Shown: piece by piece, positions 46,244 through 55,580 of the stretch
How positions within the stretch are numbered: position 1 is the first letter of the stretch
How the letters are laid out: every line of letters begins with the position of its first letter
NCBI GenBank assembly: GCA_040755695.1
Contig: JBFMAK010000001.1
Span: forward strand, 384,637 to 448,636
Direction: 5' to 3'
Length of the DNA: 64,000 bases
Source: Candidatus Iainarchaeum sp.
GTDB taxonomy: Archaea > Iainarchaeota > Iainarchaeia > Iainarchaeales > 1-14-0-10-31-34
Made by a program: the position numbers and the translations under genes
Notes under the pieces: generated by a model
The model's database searches: none
What the model was told of the DNA's origin: nothing
Seen by the model: only the letters and a program-made list of their open reading frames with translations

Positions 46244-47537
46244 TCTGCTCTCCCCCTCTCTTTGCCTGCTTAATCCTTCTCCTAATCTTTTGCTTCCTAA
46301 ACTTGTGCGGAATCATTTTATTGAATACGTCATCTATTGTAATTACCCCGGCAAGTTTTCCTTCAGCATCAGTTACAGGCAGGGAAAGCAGCCTGTACTT
46401 GCTGAAAATCTTTGCAACTTCTTCAAATTTTGAATTAGTGTGAACGCTGATAATTTTGTCGTTCATCAATTCAAATGCCTTCCTTGAAGGCTTTGCAATG
46501 ACAAGATTCCTTAAAGGCAGAACGCCAAGCAATTTCTCCCTTTCATCCACAACATAAATATGGGAGAACTCCTGGGGCTCACGGACAGTCCTCCTGACGT
46601 GGTCTAACACCTCTTTTACACTAAAATTCTTGGGCACAACAACAAAATTGAAGGTCATAATTTTTCCTGCAGACTTTCTGGGCATTTCAAGCATTTTCCT
46701 TATTTCCCTTTGTGAGCCCTCATCAAGCATGCCGAGAATTTCATTCCCTTTCTCCCTTGAAACAAAGCCGAAGAACTGGACTATTTCATCAGCCTCCATT
46801 TCCTGCACAATCTTTGCAATATTATGAGGCTTCATTTCATGGACAACAGATTTCAACACCTCAGGCTTTGACTCTGCAAGAGTGTCTGCTGCAATGCTTT
46901 CATCCAGAGAATTAAAAACCAAAGCCCTTTCCCTGTGGGACAGTTCAGTAAGAAAATCAGCGATGTCTGCAGGATGGCTCTTTGAAATCTTCGCCCTAGA
47001 AATATTCAATTGAAGGTTCTGTGAAGGAGTAACATTCAAAGGCTGGACATTGCCCCAAGGCAGAATTTTTTCACTCATCCTGTAAGTTAAAGGCAAAAAC
47101 AGTTTCTCCAAACCAAGGCGCCTCAAGATCGCCCTGTTGCCTATGTCAACGCTTGAAACGCAAAGCTTCCCCCCGACCTTGGAAAGGATTACATCATTCA
47201 CCCTCACAACCTTTAAGCCGTCAACATCAATTAATTGCTTGTCCAAAAGAATCTCAGAAACCAGAAGGTCTGAGTCATTCAGAGCCTCAAAGTCTATTTC
47301 ATTCAATGGCTTGTTCAAATAAATGCAGTACTCTATTGATTCAATGAATCTCCAGTTAACCTTCATTTTTTTGCCGTTTGTCTTTACAGCAAGCGCAATC
47401 ACCTCAGCCAATTCCTGCCCGTCAGCAATAACCAGGTCATTTAATACTCCAAGCTTTTTTTCATTGCAGTCAAAAACAGTCTTTCCCTGCAGGTGACTGA
47501 AATAAATCGCTTTAGGCATTCCCATCACAAAAAACAA
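46236..47537 (-). CDS. soluble MgtE-N domain + CBS-pair protein with N-terminal PRC-barrel-like domain (no transmembrane MgtE domain)
   Basis: MgtE_N-like acidic helical region (ADIADFLTELSHRERALVFNSLD...) and two CBS motifs. Ends in a basic tail with no TM segment. Overlaps the mntH start by 8 nt. Confidence 0.55.
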   Translation of the reverse strand: MFFVMGMPKAIYFSHLQGKTVFDCNEKKLGVLNDLVIADGQELAEVIALAVKTNGKKMKVNWRFIESIEYCIYLNKPLNEIDFEALNDSDLLVSEILLDKQLIDVDGLKVVRVNDVILSKVGGKLCVSSVDIGNRAILRRLGLEKLFLPLTYRMSEKILPWGNVQPLNVTPSQNLQLNISRAKISKSHPADIADFLTELSHRERALVFNSLDESIAADTLAESKPEVLKSVVHEMKPHNIAKIVQEMEADEIVQFFGFVSREKGNEILGMLDEGSQREIRKMLEMPRKSAGKIMTFNFVVVPKNFSVKEVLDHVRRTVREPQEFSHIYVVDEREKLLGVLPLRNLVIAKPSRKAFELMNDKIISVHTNSKFEEVAKIFSKYRLLSLPVTDAEGKLAGVITIDDVFNKMIPHKFRKQKIRRRIKQAKRGGEQIA

Positions 47538-47581
47538 AAAACTTGAACCAAAAAAATAAGGTGGAAGAATTATTTAATGCT

Positions 47582-47652
47582 TTCCCTCTGCCCCTTTCTC
47601 TTTTTAAAAAAAAGAGAAAGTGGTAAGTTGCCCCAAAGAGAAAAAGAAAGGT
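47582..47652 (+). repeat. Solo copy of the palindrome + mini-repeat element seen in the tRNA cluster
   Basis: ctctgcccctttctctttttaaaaaaaagagaaagtggtaagttgccccaaagagaaaaagaaagg is nearly identical to 10016..10088, including the CTCTGCCCC tRNA-trailer-like left end. Confidence 0.65.
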
Positions 47653-47690
47653 TTAAATTTAAAGCAAAACACATATATCATAAATTAAAA

Positions 47691-48257
47691 ATGGATAAAA
47701 GGTTTTCTTATAAACATAGAAAAAAAGGAAATGTTGTAAGGCCCATAATCCCGATTAAAGTTGCCGGAAAGGGATTTAGGCCGGAATGGCTTATAGGGCA
47801 AGGGAGAATTGATTTAGGGAGGAGAAAATGGAAAAACCAAAGAATTAGGCTTGGACTTAAGAGAAGGAGCTTCGACCCCAAAGAAAGAATTATTATAAGT
47901 AGGGGTAGAAGAATAACCACGACAAGAAGGCTCCTCGGGCACATGGAAAGAATCGAAAGAATTCAGGCTGAAATAGCAGAAGCAAACAGAAAACATTTTT
48001 TTGAAAAGTTTGACCTCACAGTGGATGACTTGAAAACGAGAAAAAATAAAATTCCTAATTTTTCATTAAATGATGCAATTGAGGAATCAAAAAAATGCAT
48101 AGGGCTTTCAGAGAAAGCCTTAATAGTTGCAAAAGCAAAAAACGACAAAATATTAAAGAGGGACGCCAAAATCAGGTTAAGGCAAGCAAAGAAAGCCCTC
48201 AAGCATGCCATGAAAATATTAAATCAGAGAAAAGGGCAGGCAAAGAAAGCGGGCTGA
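47691..48257 (+). CDS. highly basic protein, possibly ribosomal protein L13e-like
   Basis: MDKRFSYKHRKKGNVVRPIIPIKVAGKGFRPEW..RRKWKN... Weak resemblance to eL13 (RPIVR...GRGFSLEEL). K/R-rich throughout. Confidence 0.3.
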   Translation: MDKRFSYKHRKKGNVVRPIIPIKVAGKGFRPEWLIGQGRIDLGRRKWKNQRIRLGLKRRSFDPKERIIISRGRRITTTRRLLGHMERIERIQAEIAEANRKHFFEKFDLTVDDLKTRKNKIPNFSLNDAIEESKKCIGLSEKALIVAKAKNDKILKRDAKIRLRQAKKALKHAMKILNQRKGQAKKAG

Positions 48258-48363
48258 TTTTCGTATACATTCATGCCCATCAAAAAGGTTTATAAACATT
48301 TATATCCATCAATAAATATACTGTTTTTATTTTAAACAAAAAAATTAATTGAGATAAAATTAA

Positions 48364-48369
48364 GGAGGT
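48364..48369 (+). promoter_or_regulatory. Shine-Dalgarno GGAGGT 7 nt upstream of the thermosome start
   Basis: taaGGAGGTataaattATG. Confidence 0.5.
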
Positions 48370-48376
48370 ATAAATT

Positions 48377-50035
48377 ATGGCTCAGGCAGACCAGATGGCG
48401 CAACAGCCGGTAATCTTCTTAACAGAAGGAACAAAGAGGACAAGAGGCAGGGACGCGCAAAGAATAAACATTCTAATTGCAAAGGCAGTAGCCAATGCAG
48501 TTAAATCCACTTTAGGCCCAAAAGGAATGGACAAAATGATTGTGGACGAATTAGGTGATGTCACAATCTCCAATGACGGGGCAACTATATTGGATGAAAT
48601 GAGCATCGACCATCCAGTAGGAAAAATGCTTGTTGAGGTAGCAAAAACACAAGACAACGAAGTAGGAGACGGAACAACTACTGTGGTGGTAATAGCAGGA
48701 GGCTTACTGCAGAAGGCAGAAAGAATGCTTGATGATGACATCCACCCAAGCATTATAATTAATGGATACAGGATGGCAGCAAAGAAAGCAAAAGAATTAT
48801 TCGAACAAGTTGCTGACCCTGTAACGTTCAAAGACTTTAAGACTTTGAAGGATATTGCAATGACTTCAATGACAGGCAAGGCAGCAGAAGCCTGCGCTGA
48901 ATTGGCTGATTTAGTCATAGATGCAATAAAGACTGTTGCAACAGAAGAGAACGGCAAGACAGTTATAGACAGGGACTCAATAAAACTAGAGAAAAAAGAA
49001 GGCGGAAGCTTGGCTGAATCACAATTAATTAAAGGACTAGTAATAGATAAGGAGGTTGTCTCTGAATCAATGCCACAAAAAACAGAGAACGCAAAAATTG
49101 CATTAATTGACGCAGCATTAGAAATAAAAGAAACAGAGACAGAGGCAAAAATTCAGATTACCTCCCCAGACCAATTGCAGGCATTCCTAGACCAAGAGGA
49201 AGGAATGCTGAAAGGAATGGTAGAAAAAATAAAGAAGTCAGGCGCAAATGTTGTGTTATGCCAGAAAGGAATAGATGACTTGGCACAGCATTTCCTTGCA
49301 AAAGAAGGCATTCTTGCAGCAAGAAGAGTGAAGAAATCTGACATGGACTTATTGGCTAAAGCAACAGGCGGAAAGGTTATCTCAAGAATTGACGACATAA
49401 GCAAAGCAGACCTAGGCTTTGCTGAAAGGGTTGTAAGCAAAAAGATTGCAACAGAAGACATGCTCTTCATTGAAGGATGCAAGAACCCCAAAGCAGTCAC
49501 AATATTCATCAGGGGAGGCTCAGAGCATGTAATAGACGAAGCAGAAAGGGCAGTAAATGACGCATTAGGATCAGTAATTGCCTCAATAAAGAACGGAAAA
49601 GTTGTTTCAGGAGGAGGCTCTTCAGACATTGACGTTGCAATAAAGCTCAGAGAATACAGCAAGACAATTGGAGGCAGAGAGCAGTTGGCAATAGAAGCAT
49701 TCGCTGACACTTTAGAGATAATCCCAAGAACTTTAGCTGAAACAGCAGGAATGGACCCAATTGATACATTAGTGAGTTTGAGGGCAGCCCACGCAAAAAA
49801 GGACGGCAAATACATTGGAGTTAACGTCTACAAGGCGCAGTTGACCAACATGAAGGAAGGCAAAGTAATAGAGCCTTTGAGCGTGAAAACACAGGCAATA
49901 ACCTCAGCCTCAGAGGTAACAGAAATGATCCTGAGAATAGACGACATAATTGCAGGCCAAAGCAAAGGCCCTTCAATGCCACCAGGCGGAGGAATGCCGC
50001 CAGGCATGGGCGGAATGGGCGGAGAAGAATACTAA
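48377..50035 (+). CDS. thsA: thermosome subunit (group II chaperonin)
   Basis: [14 protein letters not shown] and VVSGGG motifs. C-terminal [13 protein letters not shown] tail. 552 aa. Confidence 0.9.
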   Translation: MAQADQMAQQPVIFLTEGTKRTRGRDAQRINILIAKAVANAVKSTLGPKGMDKMIVDELGDVTISNDGATILDEMSIDHPVGKMLVEVAKTQDNEVGDGTTTVVVIAGGLLQKAERMLDDDIHPSIIINGYRMAAKKAKELFEQVADPVTFKDFKTLKDIAMTSMTGKAAEACAELADLVIDAIKTVATEENGKTVIDRDSIKLEKKEGGSLAESQLIKGLVIDKEVVSESMPQKTENAKIALIDAALEIKETETEAKIQITSPDQLQAFLDQEEGMLKGMVEKIKKSGANVVLCQKGIDDLAQHFLAKEGILAARRVKKSDMDLLAKATGGKVISRIDDISKADLGFAERVVSKKIATEDMLFIEGCKNPKAVTIFIRGGSEHVIDEAERAVNDALGSVIASIKNGKVVSGGGSSDIDVAIKLREYSKTIGGREQLAIEAFADTLEIIPRTLAETAGMDPIDTLVSLRAAHAKKDGKYIGVNVYKAQLTNMKEGKVIEPLSVKTQAITSASEVTEMILRIDDIIAGQSKGPSMPPGGGMPPGMGGMGGEEY

Positions 50036-50065
50036 AATTCTTCTCTTCTTTTTTTATTTTTTTTA

Positions 50066-51178
50066 TTAGACCCTGCACGTCTTGCATTTCTTTCTTACTC
50101 TTTTTCTGGCGATTTGCATTGCAATGTCTCTGGGTTTCTTTCCCTCTTTCTTTGAGTGCTTTAGGATGATGGAGACATTCTTTTTTATCTTTTTTTCAAC
50201 CATTCTGAACATTTTATGTTCATTTCCGTCAACGAATTCAGCGTAAGAGCTTATTACGCCCCCGGCATTAGCAATAATGTCAGGCACTACAAGCACATTC
50301 CTTTCATGCAATACCTGTTCTGTTTCAGGTGCAATAGGAATGTTTGAGCCTTCAACAATCAGTTTGACTTTTACAGCATCCACATTATTGAAGTTTATTA
50401 CATTAGGCACTGCAGCAGTAATTATGACGTCAACAGGCAGCTCAAATAATTCGTAATTGTACAGTTTTTTTGTTGTTGGGCCGGAATAATGCACTACAGA
50501 GCATTTCTCTTTTACTGCATTCATTAATCCTTCAAATGAAAGCCCTTGAGGGTTATAAACGCAACCTTCAATGTCTGACACTGCAACAATTCTTGCCCCA
50601 TGCTCTGAAAGAAATTTTGCAGTAAAAGAGCCTACATTACCGAATCCTTCGACTGCAATCCTTGCATTCCTTAAATTCAATCCAATGGATTTTGCTGCAA
50701 CTACTGTTGCATGAAAGACTCCAAATCCTGTACTTCCCAATTCGTGCGGCAGCCCTCCAAGCTTTCTTGATTTTCCTGTTGCTGCCTTCATTGAACCAAT
50801 TGTTTTTGCAATTAAGTCCATTTCTTTTTCGCCAGTATTCATGTCAGGTGCAGGAACATATTTTTGGGGAACAAATTCCCTTATTGCTTGGGCAAAAGCC
50901 TTGGTGAATTCGCTTTTTTTTTCGCAGGACATTTTCCTCGGGTCTGCCTTTATCCCGGCTTTTGCTCCGCCAAAAGGAAGGTCTGCCAAAGCGCACTTCC
51001 AGGTCATTGTCCTTGCGAGCTTAAATACTTCCTCCAAGGAAACATCTGGCGTCATCCTTATCCCGCCTTTTCCTGGCCCCAAGGCAGTATTGTCTATTAC
51101 AATGAAGCCGTGCATTCCGAGTTTTGGGTGGTATACTTCAATGACCTTTTCAGGGCCGAATTCATCAAACTCAATCAT
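50066..51178 (-). CDS. gdhA: Glu/Leu/Phe/Val amino-acid dehydrogenase family protein (glutamate dehydrogenase-like)
   Basis: LPFGGAKAGIKADP substrate motif and GFGNVG Rossmann motif. At 370 aa it is shorter than typical GDH, so Leu/Val DH cannot be excluded. Confidence 0.65.
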   Translation of the reverse strand: MIEFDEFGPEKVIEVYHPKLGMHGFIVIDNTALGPGKGGIRMTPDVSLEEVFKLARTMTWKCALADLPFGGAKAGIKADPRKMSCEKKSEFTKAFAQAIREFVPQKYVPAPDMNTGEKEMDLIAKTIGSMKAATGKSRKLGGLPHELGSTGFGVFHATVVAAKSIGLNLRNARIAVEGFGNVGSFTAKFLSEHGARIVAVSDIEGCVYNPQGLSFEGLMNAVKEKCSVVHYSGPTTKKLYNYELFELPVDVIITAAVPNVINFNNVDAVKVKLIVEGSNIPIAPETEQVLHERNVLVVPDIIANAGGVISSYAEFVDGNEHKMFRMVEKKIKKNVSIILKHSKKEGKKPRDIAMQIARKRVRKKCKTCRV

Positions 51179-51184
51179 TTTTTT

Positions 51185-52096
51185 TTACCTCTTTGAGAGA
51201 AAATCAAAAGCGCTTAAGGCTGCCTTGCAGCCTTCTGCTGCAGCAATAATTATTTGTTTTCTTCTGACACTGGTTACATCGCCTGCAGCGAAGATTCCTT
51301 CAATATTAGTCCTTCCCTCTGAGTCCACAATTATTTCCTTGAATTCGTTCTTCTTCAATTCAGTTCCTTGAACTTCAATGTCAGAATTTGGCTCTGATCC
51401 TATTTCAATGAATGCCCCTTGAACTGCAATCCTTTTCTCTGAGTTTTTTATTTTGACCTTTATTCCTTCAAGGAAATCTTTGCCTAAAAATTCTGTTGTC
51501 TTGGCTTCATACAGTATTTCAACATTTTTTTCTTTCCTTAATTTTTCAATTAATACCTGTTCTCCCTGCAATTCCTTGTTTATTGTTATAATAAAGATTT
51601 TTTTTGCAATGTTAAGCAATTGCATTGTTGCATGCAAGGCTCCATTGCCGCCCCCAATTACTGCAACAGCCTTGCCTGAAAACAAGGGGGCATCACAGGT
51701 AGCACAATAAGTGACACCTTTGTGAATGAATTTTTCTTCTCCAGGAACATTCAATTTTCTCGGAGTCCTACCTGAAGCAATTATTATAATCTTTCCTTCA
51801 TGGGAGCCTGAATTGGTTGAAATTACAAAGTTTTTTTGCTTTCTTTCAATTTTGCTTGCTGTTTCGCCCAGCTTTATTTCCACTCCCCTGTTATGTACTT
51901 GGTCGAAGAATTTCTGCAGTAACTCAATTCCAAATACTGCCTCATAGCCCAAATAGTTTTCAATCATGTAGCTTTTGCCCATCTGTCCTCCCATCTCTGA
52001 AGCCAGAATCAATGTCTTCAAGTTCTGCCTTGAAGAATAAAGGCCTGCGTTAAGGCCTGCAGGCCCAGAACCAATAATTATAATGTCATAAATCAT
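51185..52096 (-). CDS. trxB: thioredoxin-disulfide reductase
   Basis: FAD motif IIIIGSGPAGLNAG. Redox-active CATCDA. NADPH motif GGGNGA. Start trimmed to MIYDII. Confidence 0.8.
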   Translation of the reverse strand: MIYDIIIIGSGPAGLNAGLYSSRQNLKTLILASEMGGQMGKSYMIENYLGYEAVFGIELLQKFFDQVHNRGVEIKLGETASKIERKQKNFVISTNSGSHEGKIIIIASGRTPRKLNVPGEEKFIHKGVTYCATCDAPLFSGKAVAVIGGGNGALHATMQLLNIAKKIFIITINKELQGEQVLIEKLRKEKNVEILYEAKTTEFLGKDFLEGIKVKIKNSEKRIAVQGAFIEIGSEPNSDIEVQGTELKKNEFKEIIVDSEGRTNIEGIFAAGDVTSVRRKQIIIAAAEGCKAALSAFDFLSKR

Positions 52097-52256
52097 AAAA
52101 TTCACTTTAATTAAGCCAAAAAATGCTTTTCCTAAAGGCAAATACCTATTAATTTACGTAATGTTTTTAAACACTTTTAAAGCCAATTAATATAACAAAA
52201 ATGATTAATTATACATAATTTCGTTTTATTTTTGTCAATTGAAGAGGAGGAATAAA

Positions 52257-52991
52257 ATGGACAACATCAAACTTCTTTCAATAACATTGATAGTAGCAAG
52301 CCTAATTCTAGCAGGAACAATGCTTTACGTTGGAAACAACCTGAACACAAAGCTCACAGGACTTGCAGCACTTTCAGCCCAGCCTCAAAACACAGACCAA
52401 ACACAGCCACAACAGCAACAGCCTACACAAGTGCAGCCAACCCAGCCAACGCAAAACAATAACGGGAAAATCACATTAAAGAACTCCAACCCGCCAACAA
52501 CAGGCCAGGCAAACGCTAAAGTCACAATAATTGAGTTCTCTGATTTTCAGTGCCCTTACTGCGCAAGATTCGTGACAGACACTTATCCTCAAATCAAACA
52601 GCAGTACATTGACACAGGGAAGGCGAAGTTAATATTCATGCAGTTTCCTTTGAGCTTCCACCAGTATGCCCAAAAGGCAGCAGAGGCAGCATACTGCGCT
52701 TTCGAGCAAGGAAAATTCTGGGAATACCATGACAAATTGTTTGCAAACCAGTCAAATCTTGATGTTACCTCGCTGAAGAAATATGCTACAGACCTAAAGC
52801 TTGACACAGCAAAATTCAATTCATGCCTTGACACCTCAAAGTATGCCAGCCAAGTGCAGTCAGACCTAACAGAAGGAACTTCTTTAGGGGTGAATGGAAC
52901 GCCCGCCTTCTTCGTGAACGGCAAGCTCATAAGCGGGGCACAGCCTTTCTCAGTCTTCCAGCAGGCAATAGACGCAGCACTAGCAAGCTGA
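52257..52991 (+). CDS. DsbA-like thiol:disulfide oxidoreductase, membrane-anchored with Gln/Pro-rich linker
   Basis: TM helix, QPTQ-rich linker, FSDFQCPYCARF (CPYC active site). GGAGG lies 8 nt upstream of the ATG at 52257. Confidence 0.6.
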   Translation: MDNIKLLSITLIVASLILAGTMLYVGNNLNTKLTGLAALSAQPQNTDQTQPQQQQPTQVQPTQPTQNNNGKITLKNSNPPTTGQANAKVTIIEFSDFQCPYCARFVTDTYPQIKQQYIDTGKAKLIFMQFPLSFHQYAQKAAEAAYCAFEQGKFWEYHDKLFANQSNLDVTSLKKYATDLKLDTAKFNSCLDTSKYASQVQSDLTEGTSLGVNGTPAFFVNGKLISGAQPFSVFQQAIDAALAS

Positions 52992-53106
52992 ATTTTTCCT
53001 TCTAATTCTTTTTTTTCTTTTATTTTTTGATTTTTCCTCTATTTTTCCAACCAAAAAATTAATAATACAATGCACTGCATTAAATTTGTTTTGAAGGTGC
53101 AATCAA

Positions 53107-53613
53107 ATGAAAGAAGAATTGAATGAATTCAAGTACAAGCTGAATAAAGCCAAAGGCCTGCCTGAAGTGTTTGATTTAGTGAAGGAAAGCGTTGAAAAAT
53201 TCCTTGGAAAAAGCAGGACAGGCTTAATGTTAGGATTGAGTGAAATGCCTGCAGACAGATTCCAGCTTCTAGGGGGCTTTTTTGTTTCAGGCACAAACCT
53301 TATTGTATTAAACAAGGCTCCATTGAATAAAATAAAGGAATCAAAGCCTGAATTATTCAACCCTTACTGCTATCACCTTTTGCTTCACGAGTACTTGCAT
53401 TCATTAGGCTTTGAGGGCGAGGAAATAGTTAGAAGGCTGTGCTATGAGATTTCAAGCAAAAGCTTTGGCGAAGGCCATTTAGCAACCCAGCTCTCAAAAG
53501 ACTGGAGCAAATTCTTCCCCAACCTAATTTACACTCACAACATCAGAGCAAACGCAGGCGAAATCGAATTAGTGGAAGGATTCGACGCAAACAGCATAAA
53601 TTATGTCACTTGA
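53107..53613 (+). CDS. hypothetical protein
   Basis: 168 aa. HEYLHSLGF could be a degenerate HExxH, very weak. Confidence 0.3.
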   Translation: MKEELNEFKYKLNKAKGLPEVFDLVKESVEKFLGKSRTGLMLGLSEMPADRFQLLGGFFVSGTNLIVLNKAPLNKIKESKPELFNPYCYHLLLHEYLHSLGFEGEEIVRRLCYEISSKSFGEGHLATQLSKDWSKFFPNLIYTHNIRANAGEIELVEGFDANSINYVT

Positions 53614-53723
53614 ATTTTCTCGATTTATGTTCTCTTTTGAATTCCTTGGCTTTAACTGAACAGAACATTTTGTCAATAAGCTCTTTACTGTTTTTGTTTT
53701 TAATTGAATCCATAAAATTGCCC

Positions 53724-55025
53724 TTACAATAAAAGCCATTTCCACAAAGGCGTAAATTTAATTTTTTTTCCTTTTATTTTTTCTTCTGCTTCATAGTCTT
53801 TGGTTATGCACAGAAGATTATTGCATTTCAATTCTTTACTTGCTTTAATTAAAGTTCTAATTTCTCTTTTTTTAACGTCGGTATCTCCAAGATCGTAACA
53901 AACCTGAATTAACTGTTTAATTTTTATATTTTCTTTAACCACAAAATCTATTTCTTCATGCAGGTCGTTTTTCCAATAATAAATTTCCAACAACGGGTTT
54001 TTGGCTTTCTTTCTCATAAGTTCAATTGCAACCTGATTTTCATAAAGCCTCCCGTAATCTTTTGAAAACCTTAAAGAAATATTTGTTATGAAAGAATTAT
54101 CTGCAAAATAAACTTTTTTGGGATACCTCATTTGTTCTTTAATTTTATAAGAAAATATGGGAAGAAAAAAACAGAAATAGCTTTCTTCAGCATATTTTGT
54201 ATAATTAATTATTGTTCCCTTCCCTGCTTTTCTTCCTTGTGAACGCAGTACGTTTACTGTTTTGTTTATTGAAAACTCTTTCGTGTTAAGCAAAAACCTC
54301 AAAAAATCGTGAAGGAGGTAAGGTTTCTTAATCCCGTGCCTTTCTGCTATGTCCCTACTTATAATGGTTTTAAAATATTCTTGAACTAATTTTTTCTTAT
54401 TCAAAGTTGATTCTTCTAAAATAACTTCGGGAAATCCACCGCCTTCTAGGTATTCTGCCAATAAATTTTTTAAGATGCTTAATTTTCTTTCATTGTACTC
54501 AAAATTTTTCTCAAATTCTGTTCCTTTGAATCTAATGAATTCTTGAAAGCTGGCGGGGTGTATTTCATAGGTAAGCGCCCTTCCCCTCAGTTCTGTCGGA
54601 ATTTCCCAGCTTGATAATTTTGAGCTTGAACCAGAAACAAAAAAAGCAATATTCCTGTAAGTGTCATATACTCTTCTCAGCCACCTGCCCCACTCAGGCA
54701 TTATTTGTATTTCATCTAAAAAAAGAAAATATTTTTTGTTGCCATTGCCATAAAGCTTAATTAAAGTTGGAATCAAATCTGTGAGATTTTCTTTTATTTT
54801 CTCTATTCTTTCATCTTCAAAATTAATATAGAATATTCTTTCTTTCGAAATTTCTTTTGAAAGCTGCTTTATTAACTGGAACATTATGTAAGTTTTGCCT
54901 GCCCGCCTAATTCCCGTAAAGGTTATTATTTTCCTTATTTTCTTTGGCAGTATTTTTAGGTCTATGTTCCTTTCTTTTAATTTGGGTACCCAAATATCTT
55001 GCCACTCTTTAAATAAAAACTCCAT
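53724..55025 (-). CDS. AAA ATPase (AAA_14 + DUF4143 family), intact paralog
   Basis: Walker A GIRRAGKTY. FLDEIQ. ...SGSSSKLSS.EIPTELRGR... 433 aa. Confidence 0.6.
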   Translation of the reverse strand: MEFLFKEWQDIWVPKLKERNIDLKILPKKIRKIITFTGIRRAGKTYIMFQLIKQLSKEISKERIFYINFEDERIEKIKENLTDLIPTLIKLYGNGNKKYFLFLDEIQIMPEWGRWLRRVYDTYRNIAFFVSGSSSKLSSWEIPTELRGRALTYEIHPASFQEFIRFKGTEFEKNFEYNERKLSILKNLLAEYLEGGGFPEVILEESTLNKKKLVQEYFKTIISRDIAERHGIKKPYLLHDFLRFLLNTKEFSINKTVNVLRSQGRKAGKGTIINYTKYAEESYFCFFLPIFSYKIKEQMRYPKKVYFADNSFITNISLRFSKDYGRLYENQVAIELMRKKAKNPLLEIYYWKNDLHEEIDFVVKENIKIKQLIQVCYDLGDTDVKKREIRTLIKASKELKCNNLLCITKDYEAEEKIKGKKIKFTPLWKWLLL

Positions 55026-55209
55026 ATAATACTATTAACTGACCGTATTTATATGCTTTTCGGTCAGTTTATGGTTAAAGTCATCAAACAAAGTATTATG
55101 AAAATTGTTCTATTTTAATAGAACATTTTACACCAAAATGTTTCGTTTAAGTAGAACATTTTTTTTACCCAAGCAAAGTTTTTTATATTAGAAAACACTA
55201 TACTTAGAC

Positions 55210-55503
55210 ATGGGAATAAAATTAATAATATTTGTGTTGGTAGTGCTTGTGGTAATAACATTAGGTATATTCATCTATTATAATGATATAACTGCTGGTT
55301 TGTTTATAACAAAATTATGTGGTGAGAAAGGCTATTCAACAGTTGACAAATGTACTGATAAAGATGGCAAAGTTTATTATGAATTTTGGAATACTTATAA
55401 CCAAACTGCAAAACATCAATATTATGGCCCACAAGGAAATCTTGTTTTAGATTGCAGCAAAGATGTTAGTATGTATAAAAAAACTGATCCTGAAGTTGTA
55501 TAA
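55210..55503 (+). CDS. small membrane-anchored protein
   Basis: N-terminal TM helix, 97 aa, several Cys. Confidence 0.3.
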   Translation: MGIKLIIFVLVVLVVITLGIFIYYNDITAGLFITKLCGEKGYSTVDKCTDKDGKVYYEFWNTYNQTAKHQYYGPQGNLVLDCSKDVSMYKKTDPEVV

Positions 55504-55580
55504 TAAATGCAACAAGTTTAGATTAGATGCAGAATTAAATTGTGACATTAATCCATTATGTGTAAATTTTAACAAGTAAT

